64,000 nt of DNA, from NCBI RefSeq assembly GCF_008831285.2, contig NC_045138.2, forward strand, positions 10,168,001 through 10,232,000, read 5' to 3'. The notes beneath the pieces were generated by a model. It saw nothing but the letters and a program-made list of their open reading frames with translations, did not search any database and was not told the DNA's origin. The DNA comes from Nymphaea colorata (Eukaryota). Positions 1 through 13,949 of this stretch are shown here, piece by piece. A program made the position numbers and the translations under genes. The first letter of the stretch is position 1. Every line of letters starts with the position of its first letter.

Positions 1-1514
1 GGCTGTAATAAATTTGTTAAAACAAATACATGCATGGTAGAAAGGTGCAAGGAATTGGCATATCTATAAAGTAGTGTCTTAGATTTGTTATTGAAGTAAA
101 AAGTAGACAAAAGTCCAATTGATCAAGCCTGCAACGAACATGGCTGATTTAAATGAGTTGAAGAAGAAAAGCAAAATGAATAAGTGCATAGAACCCAAGT
201 TTTGTTGTCTATCTACATCAGAAATGCTAGAAGGGAAAACTGAAATCCATTTGCTCACATGCACATAGTACCTCTCTCATTGATCACATGAACAAAGCAG
301 TGAACAATGTGATGCAGTTTGAGAATATAAGAAAGATTCACACTTTGAACTACAATAATGCAAAGCAGATGTCGACTTAAATAAACAAAATCGAGAGGTG
401 TACATGATGGAAATCAGATCAGTAACAACTAGTCCGCGAAGAGATTCAGACCATTATCCCCCAAAAGTAGCAATGGTATAAGGCAGCATGAAGACCGACA
501 GCTTAATCAAACAAAATAAATTAATATTCTAGTATATCCATCTTGCCATGTAAATTTGAGACACATCAGAATCTTGAAAGATGAATTATGTCCTTATATG
601 GCATATATAAGTGTGACAAGCAAAAAGTTAAATAGTCAATGAGGGAATCAATAAGCACTAATTTTGATGCTACTGAATTTGGACCCTATGACAACCCATT
701 CAGTTAAAAGGTTTTATGAAATTATAAATTTCTATAACACATGCTACACTTTGATGATGATTAAATCACCACATGTATACGGAGAACTTGTTTCACACCA
801 ACTCTAATTCCTCATCACAATTAGCTTTGTAATTCCACACACATAGATGATGTACATTTTTCACATTAATAAGCCTCACTATAATGAATATCATGAAATA
901 TTCAAGAGATATTACACATACTGTAATCAATCAAGTGCCTATGGACTACCTGAGAAGTAATTATTTAAAGGTTAGCATACTTCACGTACATAGGGAAAAA
1001 CATATCCATCAAACAAAGAATGAGAACTTAAAGAAAACATAAAAAAAAGGAAAGAACCAGGAATAAAACCTTTGTAACATAGAAGTTGAAAGATTGCAAG
1101 TGGTACATTCATCAGGCCATGTAACATAATTTTGTGCCTAGGCACATTGTACATCTTGTATATTTGATCAGTTTCACTATAAAGAAGACCATGTAATTGG
1201 TAGATATTGATTAAATCAACTTAAAAAAGAAATATGTTCCTCAAAGACGTCAAAGGACTTCATGCCTATAAACATTTGCACAAGTACATATTAGCAATAA
1301 TAAAAGTCAGTTATAATAAACTAACATGTTAAAGTCAATTGATTTTACCTTTGAAGAGGAAAAGGACTTAAGTAAAAACTGCTGCTAATATTGGCCAACT
1401 TCATGTGAACACGATCAACTAGTAACACATCAAACAAATGAATGATATAGAAAATTAATGCTCTATTGCTGCTAATCAGATGACAACATAATTGGGCCTT
1501 TAACAAAATAAATA

Positions 1515-2125
1515 TGATGGTCAAATCAACATCAGGATTGGGGCATAATTTAAAATTGTTAAACAGCTCATTCTAGGATTGTGAGCATAGAGCTAAAACA
1601 TATTGGATCTAAAAGAATTCACATAGTATTAACATGACAACCATAAACAATGGTTCCTATTAGTGCCTACTCCCTAACCCCATAAAACTTTCGGTAACTA
1701 CTTTAGAAAGGCAGTGCTTTAAAACCCTCTCTGTTTCTCTTTAACTTGCAGATTTTTCAATCTGTTATTTCAAAGGTCTCAATAGGTTTATTTTATATTT
1801 AAGAAGAAAATTACTTAATGGTGAAATCAGCAAAAGAATGGGGGATAATCCAAAATTCTTAAATAGCTCATTCTATAATTGTAGAGCATAGACCTAAAAA
1901 ATATTGAACCTCAAGGAATCCTTAGAGCAATAATATACAGTTGACCCCAAATAGTGGTTCCTATTAGTGCTTGCTCCTTAAACCTACAAAACTCTTCAAG
2001 AAAACAGCCTCAATGTTTTTATAAGCATTTCAAAAAGGTGGTGCTTTAATATCATTCTCCACTTTTCTTTAACCTACAGAATTTCAGGAAAACAAGAGGC
2101 TTATTTGTATTTAAGAGGAAAATCA
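1515..2125. repeat. Diverged ~300-bp tandem duplication (2 copies)
   Basis: Blocks recur about 300 bp apart: agctcattcta..gagcataga (1565/1865), tggttcctattagtgc (~1651/~1955) and gtgcttta (~1714/~2040). Confidence 0.8.
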
Positions 2126-2499
2126 CTAAGATAGCATCCAATCAACCTATAAAATCCAAAAAAGCTAGGCTCATTCAAATCATGTTTTTCATTCAAATTG
2201 ATTTGATAGATAATACACACCAATTCTGTTTTCTTCTTGGAAAATGAATCAGCCTTGGGTATCAATATAAATTATATTGATATGATCCTACCAAAAAGGA
2301 AAAAACATGCTACATTAAGGATGAATATCCGTTCATGAGATTCAAAGCCAAATAGCCATTTACTTGAATAGTGAATTGATAAAATGACCATTTTCTAGCC
2401 TTCAAATATCCAATTATTAGAAAAGGGAAACCCTTTTCCCTAATGTATGTACACTTATGGGTTTAAAGACCAAACGTCCATTGATGCATGTATAGCCTA

Positions 2500-4650
2500 T
2501 CATTTTTTAATTAAATAAAGTTGATAACAAAATATTATAAATGCATGGAAAGACTTTACGAACATAAAGGAAAATAGATAGCCTTCACCTTCTCCATCCA
2601 AAGTCACTTTGAAGTTTGATCTCCTGCTTTTGAAAAGGAACTTATCCTTTTTCACATAATTTGTTTTTCTTTACCTTATGAAATATTATCTATAAATGCT
2701 TGTCATGCTCCTTCATGTTGCCATTGGAAACCATGATACCATCTAGATATGTATGCATTAATTTGCCAGGGTACGGGTAGATGATTGTTTCATTTGAATG
2801 TGGTTGGCAAATTAGATAGATCAAAAGACATCACAAAAAATTCATAGGCTCCATACTAGGTGATGCATGTAGTTTAAGTACAAAATCTAGCTTAGACCAG
2901 ATAGGTGAATCCATAATGAGTAGCAATGAGTACTTCTTTACATTCACCTTACAGGATATTTTGTAATCCACTCATAGGTAGTGTATTTCACCCGAGATAA
3001 CACAATGCCTCCAATGATGGTATGTGAGGGCCAAATTATATCATCCTCTAGCACCTCATCTTCATATATAGGCAACTCTTCAATTCAACTGACTCCATCT
3101 AATATATGAGATTGTATCTAAGGGCTTTGTCCTATAGGCCAACTTAAACTAATTGTTGAAGGTAATATGTGAATCAGTGGTTTTAGCACATCATTACTAA
3201 AAAAATTCATTTAAAATGGAGGCAAACTACTAGTTCCTTTTTCATTTGTGTGCATGGCTATGAGAAACATATACTTTTCATTCATGTATCTCCTTAAATT
3301 GTAGGACAACATTAAAGACATGCCCCCAAAGACAGAGCAATAGATGGTATTCATGAAGTTCGGCTCCATGAAAGTCACTAAAACTGAATTCTACAAACAT
3401 CATATTGTGATTTTATAGGTACTATATAGGCCAAATCATCTTGCTCCTGCCAACCTCTTCTGAAGAATGCATGGGTTAGCAGGTCAGGTGGGTAGGGAAC
3501 TTCAAATAAGTGCCTTGATGCACTACATTGACTGCTTTGACTCCTTTTATCTGATTATGGACTCAAGGGTACTTTCTGGATTCGACTATTCCTCGTGCTA
3601 TAGCATGCCACTCTTTAAGTAACCACACTGATATGATGTTCTTTAAAGTAGCTAGAATGCATCCACCATTCTTTAAGGCAGCATGATGGTCTCCCCCAAC
3701 CTAACACTAGAATGCTTTAGTTTGATTTCCTCCAACTAATTGCTTTTAAGACATGCCAAGCTAATAACAGCTCAAGGAAGTAATCACTTAGACCTACCCT
3801 TACCATAGGTGTGTTACAATTAATTTCCCTTTTGAGAGGAAACAACTCGTACCCCCACAATAAGAGGGAAACGTGGGAAATACTCATTTGTGTGATCATC
3901 CAAATAGTTGGATAGATGTGGGCATCTAAACCACGAGGAGTGGTGCTACCAACGTTCCATGTCTCCCTATGTCATCAGCACTGTGTGTTCCTGAAGGCAT
4001 ACACTCATTGAAATTAGTTCATCCTACCCTTGTCATTCGACCCTTTCTCTAGGAGTGCCTTATCTCTCTTTCCTCACTTTTAGATATAATTAGCCATGTA
4101 CCTCTGACTAGGAGAAAAATTCAGTGGTTAAGCATGTGCTAATTCCTAGGGGATTGGGGTGCTTATATTCAATATTTCTTTCGGTGTTTTTAGGAGAAAA
4201 GAAATATGTTGGTACAAATAGGCATGAGTGACCATCACATCCTTTGTCTTTTCATGGACGACCTTCTGCTTTATAGTCCATTATTTTGATGCTTCTTTTC
4301 TGGCTCAAGCTTTAAGCCTTATTTATTTGCCTCTGCTTGTTAAGCGAAGTTCTGTATAGGCCCAAAGATTACCATTACAATAATGTAGTTCCCACTTCAT
4401 GATGATTTTTAGGTATACCATGCCTTGCTAACTAATATGTTTTTGGTTGCGCAACTCGTTAGATTAATAATCTGCCTAATACCCATTCTTGGTTGAATCC
4501 TTATGCTTGAAGACTGGGCTCAACGTTGGTCAATTTATAGGCATCATATTGGTCTGCAGACCCATATAATGTTGGTCAAAGACTTTACGAAATGAAAATT
4601 CCCATGCTTTGACTTCCATATTCGTATGTAATCAATATTGTTAACACCAT
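2500..4650 (-). mobile_element. Highly degenerate L1-type LINE ORF2 remnant (RT to RNase H region)
   Basis: Decayed minus-strand motifs occur in L1 order: QS..F/DNI-like and KAYD..W-like (~4480-4620), EYFPRFPLIVG resembling KYLGLPL (~3850-3890), ISWRKSN..GGR (~3680-3740) and a KLxxDG-like RNase H start (~2590-2620). There are many stops and frameshifts. Confidence 0.45.
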
Positions 4651-5088
4651 GAAAAACTTAAACAAACTATTATTTTTCCTAATTAAAAGTTTATTTTCGG
4701 AGATTTAGCGAAGACCTAAGGAGGTCTACACACACATTTTCGTGCACATATTCCTTGCTATAATTTTAACAATTTTTTTGTCTTATTCTTTATTTAACGG
4801 TCATTGTTAAGCATTCAATGGTGAAAAAATCAAAATTAGATGCCACAATTGTAGGATTGGTAGAAGATAGACATGAAAAATTAAAATCTGCTGGCTGGTG
4901 GACGTTGCCGGATAATTAAATATTTAAAATACACTGCTAAAAGCATCACAAAATATAGTTAAAAATTCCACAAACCGTCACTGCACAACAAATTATTGCT
5001 AATGCTCATGTGGCAAGGCGCTTTTAGCGATGATTTTCAAAGAATCTGTCATCCAGCAGACGGCATTTTACAATTACAATTACAAATC

Positions 5089-5091
<3 letters not shown>

Positions 5092-5133
<42 letters not shown>

Positions 5134-5154
5134 GGGAGAGAGAGAGAGAGAGAG
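5092..5154. repeat. Compound microsatellite, (AT)n followed by (GA)n
   Basis: An AT run at 5092-5131 is followed by gggg and a GA run at 5136-5154. Confidence 0.95.
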
Positions 5155-6126
5155 GGCATGTGGAATTGCGTTAAAGGGGGTTTATTAATTATTATACCAA
5201 ACTTTTGTTGAAAAGAGCATCATTATGACCCCAATTTCGGGCAACAGGTCGAAGAAAAGTTAGGGAGAGGGGGACATCACTTGTACAGGATTTTGCAGCG
5301 GTTTACTTCATTAATGCACACCGTACATGGCCGCCAGCCTGACCTCAGGAAAACAGAGCGAAAGAGATTTCTACGTCAAGGCTGAAAAAAGGTGGTCATC
5401 GAGGAAGCTTAGAAGAAGCGATCAGGAATCCGCTGAAAAAGAAAAAAGCGGGAAACGAAGAAGGGCCTTCTTTTGCTTAATAAGAGACTTTTGGTTCCTC
5501 CTGGCTCAACAAACAAGAGACATTGAAAGACAAAACCCAGGCATCATCATGCCCGGCTCCCTTTCGCATTAAATTTTATTTTATTTTATCTTTCTTGCGA
5601 AAGCTGGATTTTCTTTTGAGAAAGCGAATGGCTGGTGGATTAAATTGTGATTATTTTTTTAATTGTCCTTTTTTCTTTTTGAGGGAGCAAGTGAGGTGCA
5701 ATTATTTGGGTAGACGAATTGATTGAACCAGCGAAGAAACTTCGAGCCCCGCTTGCATTAGTCCACCACTTTGCGCACAAAAGTCAAATAAAAAAATTTG
5801 AAATCCTTGCTTTTATTTTTTTCTTTTAATTTTCTCTTCGCTGTTTCAACCGAGAGGGAGATTCTCAAAGTGGGTCAAAGGGCGAGCAACTTCCTAAATT
5901 TTTGCATTTCCCCAGTTGGAAACCAACAAAGGCCCGTTGAATTATGTTGCCGAATCTGGATATGGATTTTGACCCGATCTAGCCCTGGTCATTGGATTTG
6001 GATTCATGGAAAGGGTCCAATTTCAACTTTTTCTGAAAATTGCGTATCTATTGATTCCTGTTAACGATGATCGTTCTTGCATACTTTGATATAATAATAA
6101 AGTTGGTGACTGCGACTCATAATAAC

Positions 6127-6391
6127 CTGGGATGTTCAACGGGTCGTGCCAATTCAGCCTAAACTTAAACTCGCTCGGTTAAGCTCGACTTGTTGGTTAA
6201 ACGGGTTGAGTTTGAGCTTAATTGATGACTTGAATTGAGTGGAGCTCATGCTCGGATTCAGTTAAGCTTAAGCGAGTCAGGCTCATCCTCGGATTCAGTC
6301 AAGCAAGTCGAGCTCGAGCTGAGCTATATGTGACTCAAGTTGAGTTCAAGGTGGCCAAGCTCGAGCTTGGTGCACACGTCATACATCCCTA
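6127..6391. mobile_element. MITE-like element with GAGCTCGAGC-type internal repeats
   Basis: The ends form a short imperfect TIR (ctgggatgt ... acatcccta) and there are many aagctcg/gagctcgag repeats inside. No TSD was found. Confidence 0.55.
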
Positions 6392-8227
6392 AAAACAGGC
6401 AAAGTCGAGGTGTGGCTGAAACGGCCTTTTTTAGAAATTCTAAAAAATGACGACTGGTTTTCTTAGGAAACCTTCATACTATTATTAATTAGAATTTGTC
6501 GAAGATATCGCTTTTCTCTTTACAATATATTTCTGAAAGTTACAAACATGCCTTTTCTCAACTTCTTTTCCCTACTTTCCCACTGCCTTTCTGGTGGCTT
6601 GCCCGATTGCATATATGCTTTGAAAATGTTTTCAAAAATAGGGGTTAGACAATTCTTTCAAAATCTTAATATGCAAACACCTATCATATTACAAAGCAAA
6701 TAAGTTTTTATTTTTAATTTCTTTCCACAAGAAAATACCCTCCCTCTCTCTTTCTCTCTCTAACATGGACAATAACTGCAAACGTGGACTGATGGGAATT
6801 GGGATGAAAAGATTGTGCATGATTCAATCAATGGTGTCCATTTACCAATCCCAAGCTATTGAATAAGAAAACATTTCGCACTAAAATGCTATAACATAAA
6901 AACAAAGGGTAATAATAAACTACTTTGAGATATTACATTTATAAAGTGCTAATTACATTTATAAAATAATAAACTACTTTGAGGTATTAGAACTCTTTTT
7001 TATTTGTACATCTTTATTAATAACAAAGAGTAATTGGTAGAATTTGTTCACAAAATTAAGTAATTGAAAACAGACTAGTTAGAAGCTATTTAAATGGAAA
7101 GAGTTCAATTAGTCCTATTCAAAGTAGTCCATCCTGGATATTTGACATCGTGTATTAAGTTTAACACGCGAAGAACATTTTTTTCCCTTTGGCTTAAGGG
7201 CTATTCATTTAAGGGTATTTTTCTTCTTATCCAAAAAGATAATTTTTGAAGTAATTTAGCTTTCACTCCTTGCAGAAGGGGTTTCTTTTTCTTTTTTCTT
7301 TCTTTTTTTCTGGTGTAAGGGAATTCTTGTCTTTTGAACCTCTAGCGCGGAGTTCAATCAGTGGGTATTGCACCCGCCGTTTCCATTTCAAGACTAATTA
7401 ACTTTTTCGCCGTTTCTTTTCTTTCTCAATTTTTCTTAGTTACAGCCATCCCCTTCGTCCTGAGGTCCGTGCATGGAGTTTAAGTTGTGTGAGCTATATA
7501 TTTGCAGAATTTTCTCTTGCAGACTTACTTTTTCTCACTAATTTCAAAAAATGACCAACTTTTATGACTTAGTTAATAAGGGTCACACTTATTAATTTGT
7601 TGTAAGAACTATCAAATATTAAGAGCAACAAAAAATTGTTTAATCGTGATATTTTTTTCAGCATTATCCACACTCAATTGCACCTTTACCCTTCTTTTTT
7701 CTTAACACGCCACCCCACTGTTAAGAATCTAATTTGGTGACGAAGAGTAGCATTGAAAGAAATTGCGGCCCAGTCCAGCCAAGCGTTTATAGTACCAAAC
7801 TCTCATATACCCAATTTTGACATGAATTATCTGACCATCATTTTTAAAGAAATTTGATGTTGGAGGTTAAGGTGCAAATATGAAGTTGAACTGTTTGTTA
7901 AACACTCCAAAACCTTTCAAAAGGAGGTGAAAGAAAAAGGTACAAAACGTGGAGACAAATGTGTTTCTTTAACGAAACTCTATCTTCTTTTAGGGGTATT
8001 TCAAACTCTTACAAAAAAACAAAATAACTTTTACGTTTACACAACTTAATCTCCATCATTTGATTTTTTTTTTTTTTAATCGGTAGCTTATATTATCTCT
8101 ACCAAGTCTGGTATATGTGTGTCTGATAGTCACTTGTTTTGTATATATATTAGAAATTAAATTATGAAAGCTCGAGCCTTGAACGATCGGTGGCTTATAT
8201 TCTTTCTATTTTGCTTATACATTGTCA

Positions 8228-11140
8228 TCGTATCAGATACTATCAGAGCTAGAAATTTTGGCTGAAGGGGTACTAATTAAATAACTTCATTCCTTTTAGG
8301 GAAACTTCTACATACAAACAATCAAATATTTCAAAACAAAAAATATAAAAATAAACATATTTTACCAGCCCCCATGTGACTCCACCACTGGTATCAAAGA
8401 AGTACGGTTAGTCTTCCTTGTTTATGCCTTTGGATTTTCTGCCACAGAGTGTATCCCAAACCTTCCACCATTAACGTCGCAAGCTTTATTGCACTCTTGC
8501 ACAAAATTTCCTCCTCGGACAAACTCAAATCCTTAGTCTAATTGAAAAGCAGGATATTATAAGTTTTAATGACGCAAAATATCTATTGCTTGCTGTAACT
8601 ATTAAGTCAGTAGTCAATAATGTTATAGTCATTTCTCCTAACCTAGACTACTTCATGGTGTGGAAGAAGTGACTTCATGAGGTTGGATCACTAGATCTTT
8701 CGTCTAAGTTTTAGGCAAGGTAGTGGGCCTCAAAAGTTCTGCAGAGGCTTGTAATTTTTTTACCATCGTTTGGGAGAAAATACAAGGAGCGAGAATTCCA
8801 AGACTGAAGGTTATTGTGCCACTTAAGATCTTAGTTTGTAATAAGGATCTAGATGTGATAAACAATTGTTTATTTTGTATGCAAGAGAAATCCATGACTG
8901 AATCAATGATTACGATAAAGTGTTTTGAATGGTGAACGATATTGGGCCTGAGTATGAGGCTTTAATGGCATCCATTCTCAAGCTTCGCACCCCTTCTTAC
9001 TTTCATGCTGCTTTTCTCTTACAAAGGCATGAAGCCATGAAAGTTCTTTTATTGGAGAAGATCGATCCTTATTCTGTTTTCTATATTCAGCAAGGATTGT
9101 TGAACAAGAAGCAATATTATGACAACTTATGCCAACACAACAAACAGCCAGTCCCATTTAACTCTCACAAACGAGGGTTCGGTCAAGGTAGTCAAGCTTT
9201 TACACTTAAAGCCACATGCTCTACACCATTGACCCCTATTAGGAAAGTTCAAGAAGCATGTTAGATGTGTGGTCTTGCCAATCATATTGTTCTTAAATGA
9301 TATCACTAACTCAATCAAGCATATCGGCTTAGCTAAGGATGTGCCTCAAGCCATGGCGACACTTAAGATCACTAATTGTCATTATCACGATTTGTATCAT
9401 GATATTTTGATACTTTAACGCATGAAATAGTTGATCCAGGTAATCTCAAATCTCTTATCCAATTCAAAGGCCATGAGAAGGTTGCGGTTGGCTCTAGATA
9501 GACTCTAAAAGTACACATATAATTGGCATGACTAATGGCTAGTTCTCTTGAAAGTAGGACATTGACTCTTGATAGTACCCTAGTTCTAGGTATCAAGAAA
9601 AATCCGATTTCATTTAACCAACTTATTACTTATATTTAAAGACAAGGAAATGAGGCAGGTTATGAAAGAAGCAAGATCTAGAGATTGAGATTGAGATTTA
9701 TGTTTTCTAAAGCCATGCATGAAGCAATTTTGCTTTTTCACTAGATTCAAATTTGTAAATCAAGGTATTTGCCCCAATTGTTAAGAACATCTGCATGCTT
9801 GTGTGATATACTTTTTGCATGCCAATAATAATATTGTTTTAGCACATACAAGACCTACTCGTTTTACTTATTGAAGTTGTCAAATGGGCAAATCTTGCCA
9901 TCTTCCTTTCTTCCTAGTCCAACAAAATTTATGAATCATTTATTTAAGTTTGGTGTGGTTTATGGGGTTATGCTCCCATTTGATCAGGTCAAGGATTGCA
10001 GCTTTATGCTATTTTCATTGAACAACATAATAGAAGCACTTAGTTTTAACCTCTCCATGGCAAATATGATCCTTGCACAAAGCTCACACACTCTCTCTCT
10101 CTCTCCCCCTCCCCCCCTTCTCTGTTGCGTTTAAATGAAAGAATCACTGTGAAATTTCATCTATCTATCCCGCTCATCACTTGTTTGATTAAATGTTTAA
10201 ACTAAAAGATCATCAAAAACTTTTAGTCTGTGCCATATGAAGGGGCAGAAGAAAGCCTTTGACAGTTACACCAGGTTTCGGTTGAAGACCTACATGCTAA
10301 AGAAGGTCAAGGGTTTCACCACCGTGTATGCTTCTGTGTAGCCCCTGTATGTAAGAGAGAGAGAGGGAGAGAGAGAGCTTTAGAAATTGATCATCAACAG
10401 CTGGTCTGCTTGGGAATATCAAATTCTCAAATAACTAAATTCTTCCAATTTCTAGAAGTTGGTGGAAATCACCTCCCCTTGGTTATTCACTGCCATTTTT
10501 GCAGTTCTGTGCTATCTGAACTGTTGTACGCTTATGGTTGGAAGTCCCCAAAATTAAACCATGCTGAGGATCGGAGTTTTCACATCCAAATATTTGAAAA
10601 AATTTTGTTCAAATGCCAAAACCAAGTTCGTCATGTGCTTTTACTTAGGTTTGTCCTTTTTCTTTATCTAGATCATAGATTCATGACCCCTAGGAATTCT
10701 CCCAAATCATGGATGTAACATCAACCACTATCGGTCAATCTCGTCTACTCATTTTCAATTTGAGCAGGGGGTGGGAAAAAGGTACATGATGGTCAATGCT
10801 TATGTCGGATGCCATCCATCACAAAGTAGGCTGGAGATATCAGATTTTGTAAGTTTACTACTTAACGAATCATATGATATGCTTATAATTTTTTAATCGT
10901 TGCCAACCTACTTTATCTTTATTTGTTAGATTGAAAGTTTACTGAATTGATTGAACTGTCCATGTTCATGGCGGCATCCCCAACAGTGTTTAATCTAAAG
11001 TGAAGGTCCTTCGTATCTTCAATATTTTCGGTGCATTCCAAGTGTACTGATCAATTCTTCAGGTTGAGGAAGCATTTTCTTGTTGTTTCAGTCTCTTTCA
11101 TTCTATAGGTATTGGGCAGACCCTTTTCTTAGGGGGGAGT
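8228..11140 (+). mobile_element. Degenerate, internally deleted Ty1/copia internal region
   Basis: Features in order: Met-tRNA PBS-like sequence (8228/8389); gag-like GPEYEALMASI (~8945); zinc-knuckle-like C*MCGLANH (~9260); protease-like DPGNLKSLIQFKGHEKVAVG (~9430); CQMGKSCHLPF and an integrase start (~9875-10030); an RNase H-end remnant (~11000-11070); and PPT ttaggggggag (11129-11139). Confidence 0.7.
8238..8390. mobile_element. Small hAT-type MITE inserted in a Copia primer-binding site
   Basis: The right end is ..ctccaccactg and the degenerate left end is tactatcagagct. It is flanked by gtatcaga (8230-8237) and gtatcaaa (8391-8398), an 8-bp repeat with 1 mismatch. Confidence 0.55.
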
Positions 11141-11399
11141 ATTCAACATCTATCTAAATTGATGCATTATCTACAACTGCAAAAGATGAATATGCTTTTT
11201 CATCAGCTTTACAATGCTTGTTGGGTATGCCATCTTGTCTTTATGATTCTTTCATGGGGTTGAATAATAAAATCAAGTTACATGATAATCTAGTTAGGAA
11301 CTTTTTATTTAATTTTTTGAAACGGCATCTATCTTGTTAGATATTAAGTTGTTGGAACCTTCTACTAGATTTTTTTATTAACTATGCCTTGCAATTAAA

Positions 11400-12450
11400 T
11401 GGAAGCAGTTGGAACTTAAGTACAACTTCGTCACTTAAATGGATAGAAAAGTTGATGGGATAGGGGAAGAGCTATGGTACAATCAAAATGGTGAAGCTCC
11501 CAGCAAGTTAAGCTATCTTTTCCTCTTGGCCAATGAGATTCAGAATGGGTCCAGCAAACACATAAATGGGGCTTATATGGTTTTGAAAACCATAATGGCC
11601 TCTTTTTCTCTCTTTGCAAGAGAATCTAACTGTGCTACTTGTCTATTGCCTCACCATTGATTTGATTGGAGATCCTCTGTTTTTTGAAGCATTTGAAGTT
11701 TGACCCTTCCCACTCTGATCTTAGATCAGAGTTTTGACTGTGAAAAGGGAAAAAGCAAGAAGTTTAGGACATAATTCAAATCCTTGGACCCTACTACTTC
11801 AAAATAGCCATGCTGCAAACAGATTCATGGAATATAAAATCGTTCTCTTAAAGATAGCTAGTGCACCTTCTAATAGTACACCTAGAGGGACAACACTTAC
11901 TCCAAAATTTTGATACATACCTGCAACAATTTTGATGAGGAAGAACTAAACATGTGACATCTTGATTTGCAGTTTGTCTCAATTCTTTCCGACACCAATT
12001 CAGCAATGGTGATATGAACTTGGTGACTGTTTGACTAATGGAGAAATCTCTCTTCAAAACTTGAAGAGTGCTTCATCCACTTTCCCTCAGTACTCCCACA
12101 ACAGAACCTGCATTGCTTCTTTTGTTTGTTACTTAATTCTTCTTCATTAACCATCTCCTGCTCTCTCAATTTGGAATGGTAAACAATGGCCTGTGATCAG
12201 GTGAACATGCTTCATTTCCACTGGAGGTGAAGGGTCTTGGACCCCTTGACCAGAAGCTTGCTATGGCAAAGCAATATGGCCATGGTAGTACTCAGTTACC
12301 AACCCCTATGCTTTTTTCTTTTGCTCAAGAACAATTAAGACATAATCTTCCTTTGATCATTGAAATGAATGTGTGCAAAGAGTGTGGTGGAAGGAGAGAA
12401 AGCAGTTTTGCTCGCTACAATTGCTATTGTAGTTCTTAATGCACTCTCTC
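11400..12450 (+). mobile_element. Possible very degenerate LINE RT fragment
   Basis: Only weak motif echoes: SYLFLLANEI (resembling DNFLLAQEL, ~11510-11540) and GLGPLDQKLAMAK (resembling GGLG..LLAKW, ~12233). Confidence 0.3.
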
Positions 12451-13022
12451 TCTATCTCTCTCTCTCTCTCCCGCCCCCTTTTCCATTATTAAGGTTACCA
12501 ACATCTGATTATATCTATTTGTTTCATGCAATGCAGTTGGCAAGTGTCAGGATGTCATCATAGTGAAAGTGAAACCTCAACTCCATAGCTCAGGCTCTCA
12601 CTGTCTCCTTAGTTAATAATTCAAAAGGTTGGAATGAAGCAACTGATAAATTGAAAACAAGCATCATCTTCCACTATATGTTTTGCAGACAAACAGACAT
12701 AGGGCAGCACGAGACCCTATTTGGTTGTGAAAAAAGCCTGAAACAATAGTCCCTAGTTCATGATCTTTTGGGTTCCTATTTGGCATCTAATGTGCAAAAT
12801 ATTCTACTGGCCTGATGGCCACCCCTTCTGCCCTTTGAGGGCAGAAAAACCGCTGTTTCCTTTTTACAAACAAAAAACCACTATCAAGGTTGAAAACCTC
12901 TTTATTAACCTGCTCACTAAAAATACGATGGTAATTATGGATTGTAGGATTTGCTACATCAATATAGTTGAGGTGATCTATATACATATCTTATGCAAGT
13001 AGAAAAGATGTGGTGTTTTAAT

Positions 13023-13729
13023 CAATGTTGTAAAAAGCATATCGTAAGCCGTATCGGTCTGGTTTTAAGATACGTTGTATCGTAAAATATCGTAACGTAT
13101 CGTAACCGTATCATTTTTTTAATAAATCAGAAAAATAGGAAAAAAATTCAAAAAAATTATAAAAAATCAGTAAAAGACAAGAATAATGTGTTCTTCATAA
13201 AAAACGTATAGATTTATAAGTCATAAGGTCTATAAGTCTACGAGATACCACATCAAAAAACAAGTTTTAGATGTTATGTATTACATGATTTACATCACAA
13301 GATGATAATGAAATTGTGAAAATGTTCAATGTCAATACATATAAAATGAAATCACTCTCGACTCTCGTTCATAATCTTCATCATATTCATTCTCATCCTC
13401 ATCTTCTTCTTCATTTTCATCTTCACGATTTAAAAAAACCTCTTTCCTCCCAATGAGAATCAGCCACCCACGCACAAATCCATTGTTTAATCGATGATTC
13501 ATTTTGAAAATTGATGATTTAACGGTGGAAATCGATAATTGCCCTCCACGACAGCACAATCTCTAGGTTAAAAATGAAGAAGGGTCGGGTTTTTATAAAA
13601 AAAAAAAGTCAAAAAGGGGGTTTTCAGGCCCCATTTTTTGAAATCAGCCCGTATCGTAAGATACAGGACGTGTATCGTATCGTATTTTGTAAAAGATACG
13701 TATCGTAACGTACGTATCGTACAACACTG
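13023..13729. mobile_element. Non-autonomous hAT-superfamily DNA transposon (707 bp)
   Basis: TIRs are caatgttgta / tacaacactg. The perfect 8-bp TSD gttttaat lies at 13015-13022 and 13730-13737. Subterminal gtatcgta repeats cluster at both ends. Confidence 0.93.
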
Positions 13730-13949
13730 GTTTTAATGTTTAGCATAAAGATAAGTCAGAAACGGTGATTCAAAGAGAAAATTATGGTCAGGGATTGCAG
13801 GATTTGTTGCATAAATATAGTTGAAAGAATCTACCAATGGCACATGACCATCAAAAGAATCTATCTTTGGTCATTCTGGGTTTAGTGTGTTCTTATTGTA
13901 ATTTTGCACTACTTCAGAACATGTTTATTGCTAAAAAAAACTAGCAGCT

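Noticed and set aside
4885..5062. Imperfect inverted repeat as a miRNA hairpin or MITE
   Set aside because: Only two short arms pair (tctgctgg/ccagcaga and gctaaaagc/gcttttagc), and there is no TSD.
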